A stretch of 64,000 nucleotides of DNA from the IMG/VR virus record IMGVR_UViG_3300031949_000018, positions 1 through 64,000 of that record. One strand, written 5' to 3'. Positions 62,063 through 64,000 of the stretch are shown here, piece by piece (the stretch's first letter is position 1; the number at the start of each line of letters is the position of its first letter). The position numbers were made by a program, and so were the translations under genes. This DNA comes from a virus (lineage: Duplodnaviria > Caudoviricetes). The notes under the pieces were generated by a model, which saw nothing but the letters and a program-made list of their open reading frames with translations, searched no databases and was not told the origin of the DNA.

Positions 62063-63967
62063 CTACTTCCTCTTCATCATTCGATTAAGGTGTCTCTTGG
62101 CTTTTCGACGGTCATCAAAAGTGTGTGACGCCTGCTGTGGGCCTGGATTCTCGTTTCCAATGGTCATCCATTTTGTAGGCTTATCCTTCTTACCGAGTTT
62201 GTTATTTACGACCCAGAGACCTTTCTTTTTCATCGGTTGGCTAATATTGTTTCCCCACTTCTCATCGATCTCTTCGTCCTCGTCCTCGTCCTCAGGGAAC
62301 AGGACGGGCATGATCTTGGCCCTGATGGCCGCGTCGAACGTACGCTCGAGCTCCACCGCGTCGTCGTTGACTACCGCGGCTACCGGAGATACGAACTCTG
62401 GTTCATTGTCGTCGATCATCTCTTCTTCTCCTTCAACGTCTTCCTTGTACAATGGGTCCCACTTGCCATTCTTGATGGCGTCCATCTTGGGCTTGGTCTT
62501 GCCGAAGTATTTCATCGGGGAGACAGAGCTTCCGGCCGCTCCCTTGCCCTTCGGATCGGATAGGCCCGCCTTGGCTACTTTAGTCGCGTTGCCGTAGAGG
62601 GGGTTGTTCTTCTTCTTTAGGCCGGCGTCGATCGGCTCGTTCTTGCCGAAGTTCTTGTCTGTGTCTTCGTTCATCTCTGTCTCTTCTCTTACTCGCTTGT
62701 TTAGTAGTTGGGTTCCCGGCATCAGCTTGGCCGTTAATGCGTGCAGGAACGCCGGAGGGGCCTTGTCCCTCGCCATCTTCCTAGCGTCGCCGTGATTCCT
62801 GGCCCTGACGGACACCTCTACGTGCTCGCTCTTTTTATCTGGAGCCTTGTGCACCTTGACCTTCCAGTCGTGGTATGTCTCGTCCATCTCGGTTTCTTCC
62901 TTGGTAAGCTTCTTAGTAGCGTTGGCGATGCCGGTTATGCGCTTCCACGATGTGTGAGTGTTTTTCATAGATACGTCACGAATCGCGTCGTCATCGTCTT
63001 TAGACTTGTCACCGTATTTGCCGAGTTTGGAGGATGGCAGTCTGGCCCCGGTGTGGTGTTCAACGTCATTCTTGGCTCGGCGGAGACTGTCTAGGTGATA
63101 GTCTGCCATCACTCTCTTAGAGTGTGATCGGGCCGCACTATCAGCTGCCTTGTTGATATAGCTGCCGAGCGTCTTCTTTGAGAGCTCGTTGACTTCGGTC
63201 TCCTCCTTTGCAATTCTTTTACCAGCGAGCTTTAAACCTTTTTGGCGCCGCATTGCTTTGCTGAGAGAGGGCTTAATATCTGTATCGAAGTCCATATCTC
63301 TGGACGCCCACTTTTGACCTGCTTTAAAGCCATGATTGCTGAGATCGTCGGCTGCCTTGTTGATATAGCTGCCGAGCGTCTTCTTTGAGAGCTCGTTGAT
63401 CGTCTTGCCTGCCATTTTCGTCTCCTCGTTCCTGTCGTACCTGTCGTGTACGTATACGTCGTGATACGCGCCGTGTTGCCTCTTTATCGAGGCGGGGTTG
63501 TGAATCGCATTAGGCCCGTGATAGAGGACCGAGTAGGGGTTTTTCTTGCCCAGTCGAGACTGGACCGACACCCTCTTCTTGGTCTTGTTGTTCGGGTCCT
63601 TGTTGTGTGCCTTGATCTCTGCCTTCAGTGCCTCGAGTTTCTTATCGTCTTCCTCGGTGCCGCGGTGCCTGAATTTCCATGGACCCTCGTGATATCCGTC
63701 TTCCTTCTTGTGGGTCTTGAAATACTCGTCCTTCCTGGCCTTGTTGGCGTCCTTGTACTTCTTATCTTGTCTCTTGTCCTCGCGCTTGACTGACCTATCA
63801 GCCGCGTCCATCCCTTTGATTCGCTTGATGGCCTTGTGGGATGAGATGGTAGGACCGATGCCGCGATCTCCCCAGCTGTCGCCATCTGCGTATTGCTTAA
63901 CCTGATCCCTAGCCTTGCCCTTGTAATCCAGGGCGAGCTTATTAGAGATCTCGGTGATGGTCTTCAC
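62063..63967 (-). CDS. Large modular internal head polyprotein (GTG start)
   Basis: MKTITEIS; EETE(M/V)(N/D)E junctions; duplicated NELSKKTLGSYINKAAD. Confidence 0.8.
   Translation of the reverse strand: MKTITEISNKLALDYKGKARDQVKQYADGDSWGDRGIGPTISSHKAIKRIKGMDAADRSVKREDKRQDKKYKDANKARKDEYFKTHKKEDGYHEGPWKFRHRGTEEDDKKLEALKAEIKAHNKDPNNKTKKRVSVQSRLGKKNPYSVLYHGPNAIHNPASIKRQHGAYHDVYVHDRYDRNEETKMAGKTINELSKKTLGSYINKAADDLSNHGFKAGQKWASRDMDFDTDIKPSLSKAMRRQKGLKLAGKRIAKEETEVNELSKKTLGSYINKAADSAARSHSKRVMADYHLDSLRRAKNDVEHHTGARLPSSKLGKYGDKSKDDDDAIRDVSMKNTHTSWKRITGIANATKKLTKEETEMDETYHDWKVKVHKAPDKKSEHVEVSVRARNHGDARKMARDKAPPAFLHALTAKLMPGTQLLNKRVREETEMNEDTDKNFGKNEPIDAGLKKKNNPLYGNATKVAKAGLSDPKGKGAAGSSVSPMKYFGKTKPKMDAIKNGKWDPLYKEDVEGEEEMIDDNEPEFVSPVAAVVNDDAVELERTFDAAIRAKIMPVLFPEDEDEDEEIDEKWGNNISQPMKKKGLWVVNNKLGKKDKPTKWMTIGNENPGPQQASHTFDDRRKAKRHLNRMMKRK
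63144..63399. repeat. 49-bp exact direct repeat (63144-63192 and 63351-63399)
   Basis: GCTGCCTTGTTGATATAGCTGCCGAGCGTCTTCTTTGAGAGCTCGTTGA occurs twice. Confidence 0.9.
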
Positions 63968-64000
63968 GCCACCTTACTCCTCGGTTTCATCTTCGTTCTG

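Noticed and set aside
1-64000. Genome-wide UGA reassignment (alternative genetic code)
   Set aside because: Core genes such as 41, uvsX, uvsY and 55 end at TGA at their expected C-termini, and no tRNA with a TCA anticodon was found; the in-frame UGAs are site-specific
1-64000. CRISPR array
   Set aside because: No regularly spaced direct repeats; repeated sequences are tRNA 3' ends or coding duplications

Overview
This window is about 64 kb of a GC-rich T4-like (Tevenvirinae-type) myophage genome, almost entirely on the minus strand. It holds the core replication and recombination block (gp41, uvsX, gp43, regA, gp62/44/45, gp46/47, uvsY, gp55, uvsW) and the head block (gp3, gp23, gp22, gp21, internal head proteins). 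It also carries a cytosine-hypermodification cluster (gp42-like hydroxymethylase, Agt-like glycosyltransferase, C5-MTase and accessory genes), two further DNA MTases, two endolysins, three tRNA clusters and many small paralogous accessory ORFs. The most striking signals are: (1) a domain-1-less RF1-like release factor split by an in-frame UGA at a conserved Trp position, directly downstream of a tRNA-Trp gene; (2) architecturally abnormal tRNAs, namely D-arm-less Arg(GCG/TCG), short-variable-arm Leu, long-arm TAT and an extended-anticodon-arm tRNA; (3) a MotA/MotB(ExbBD)-like membrane trio beside the polymerase; (4) capsid-targeted proteins, including an ADP-ribosyltransferase-like protein and modular polyproteins; (5) a hidden plus-strand paralog island with another in-frame UGA or frameshift. 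All family assignments come from motif recognition by eye. No database search or folding program was run.
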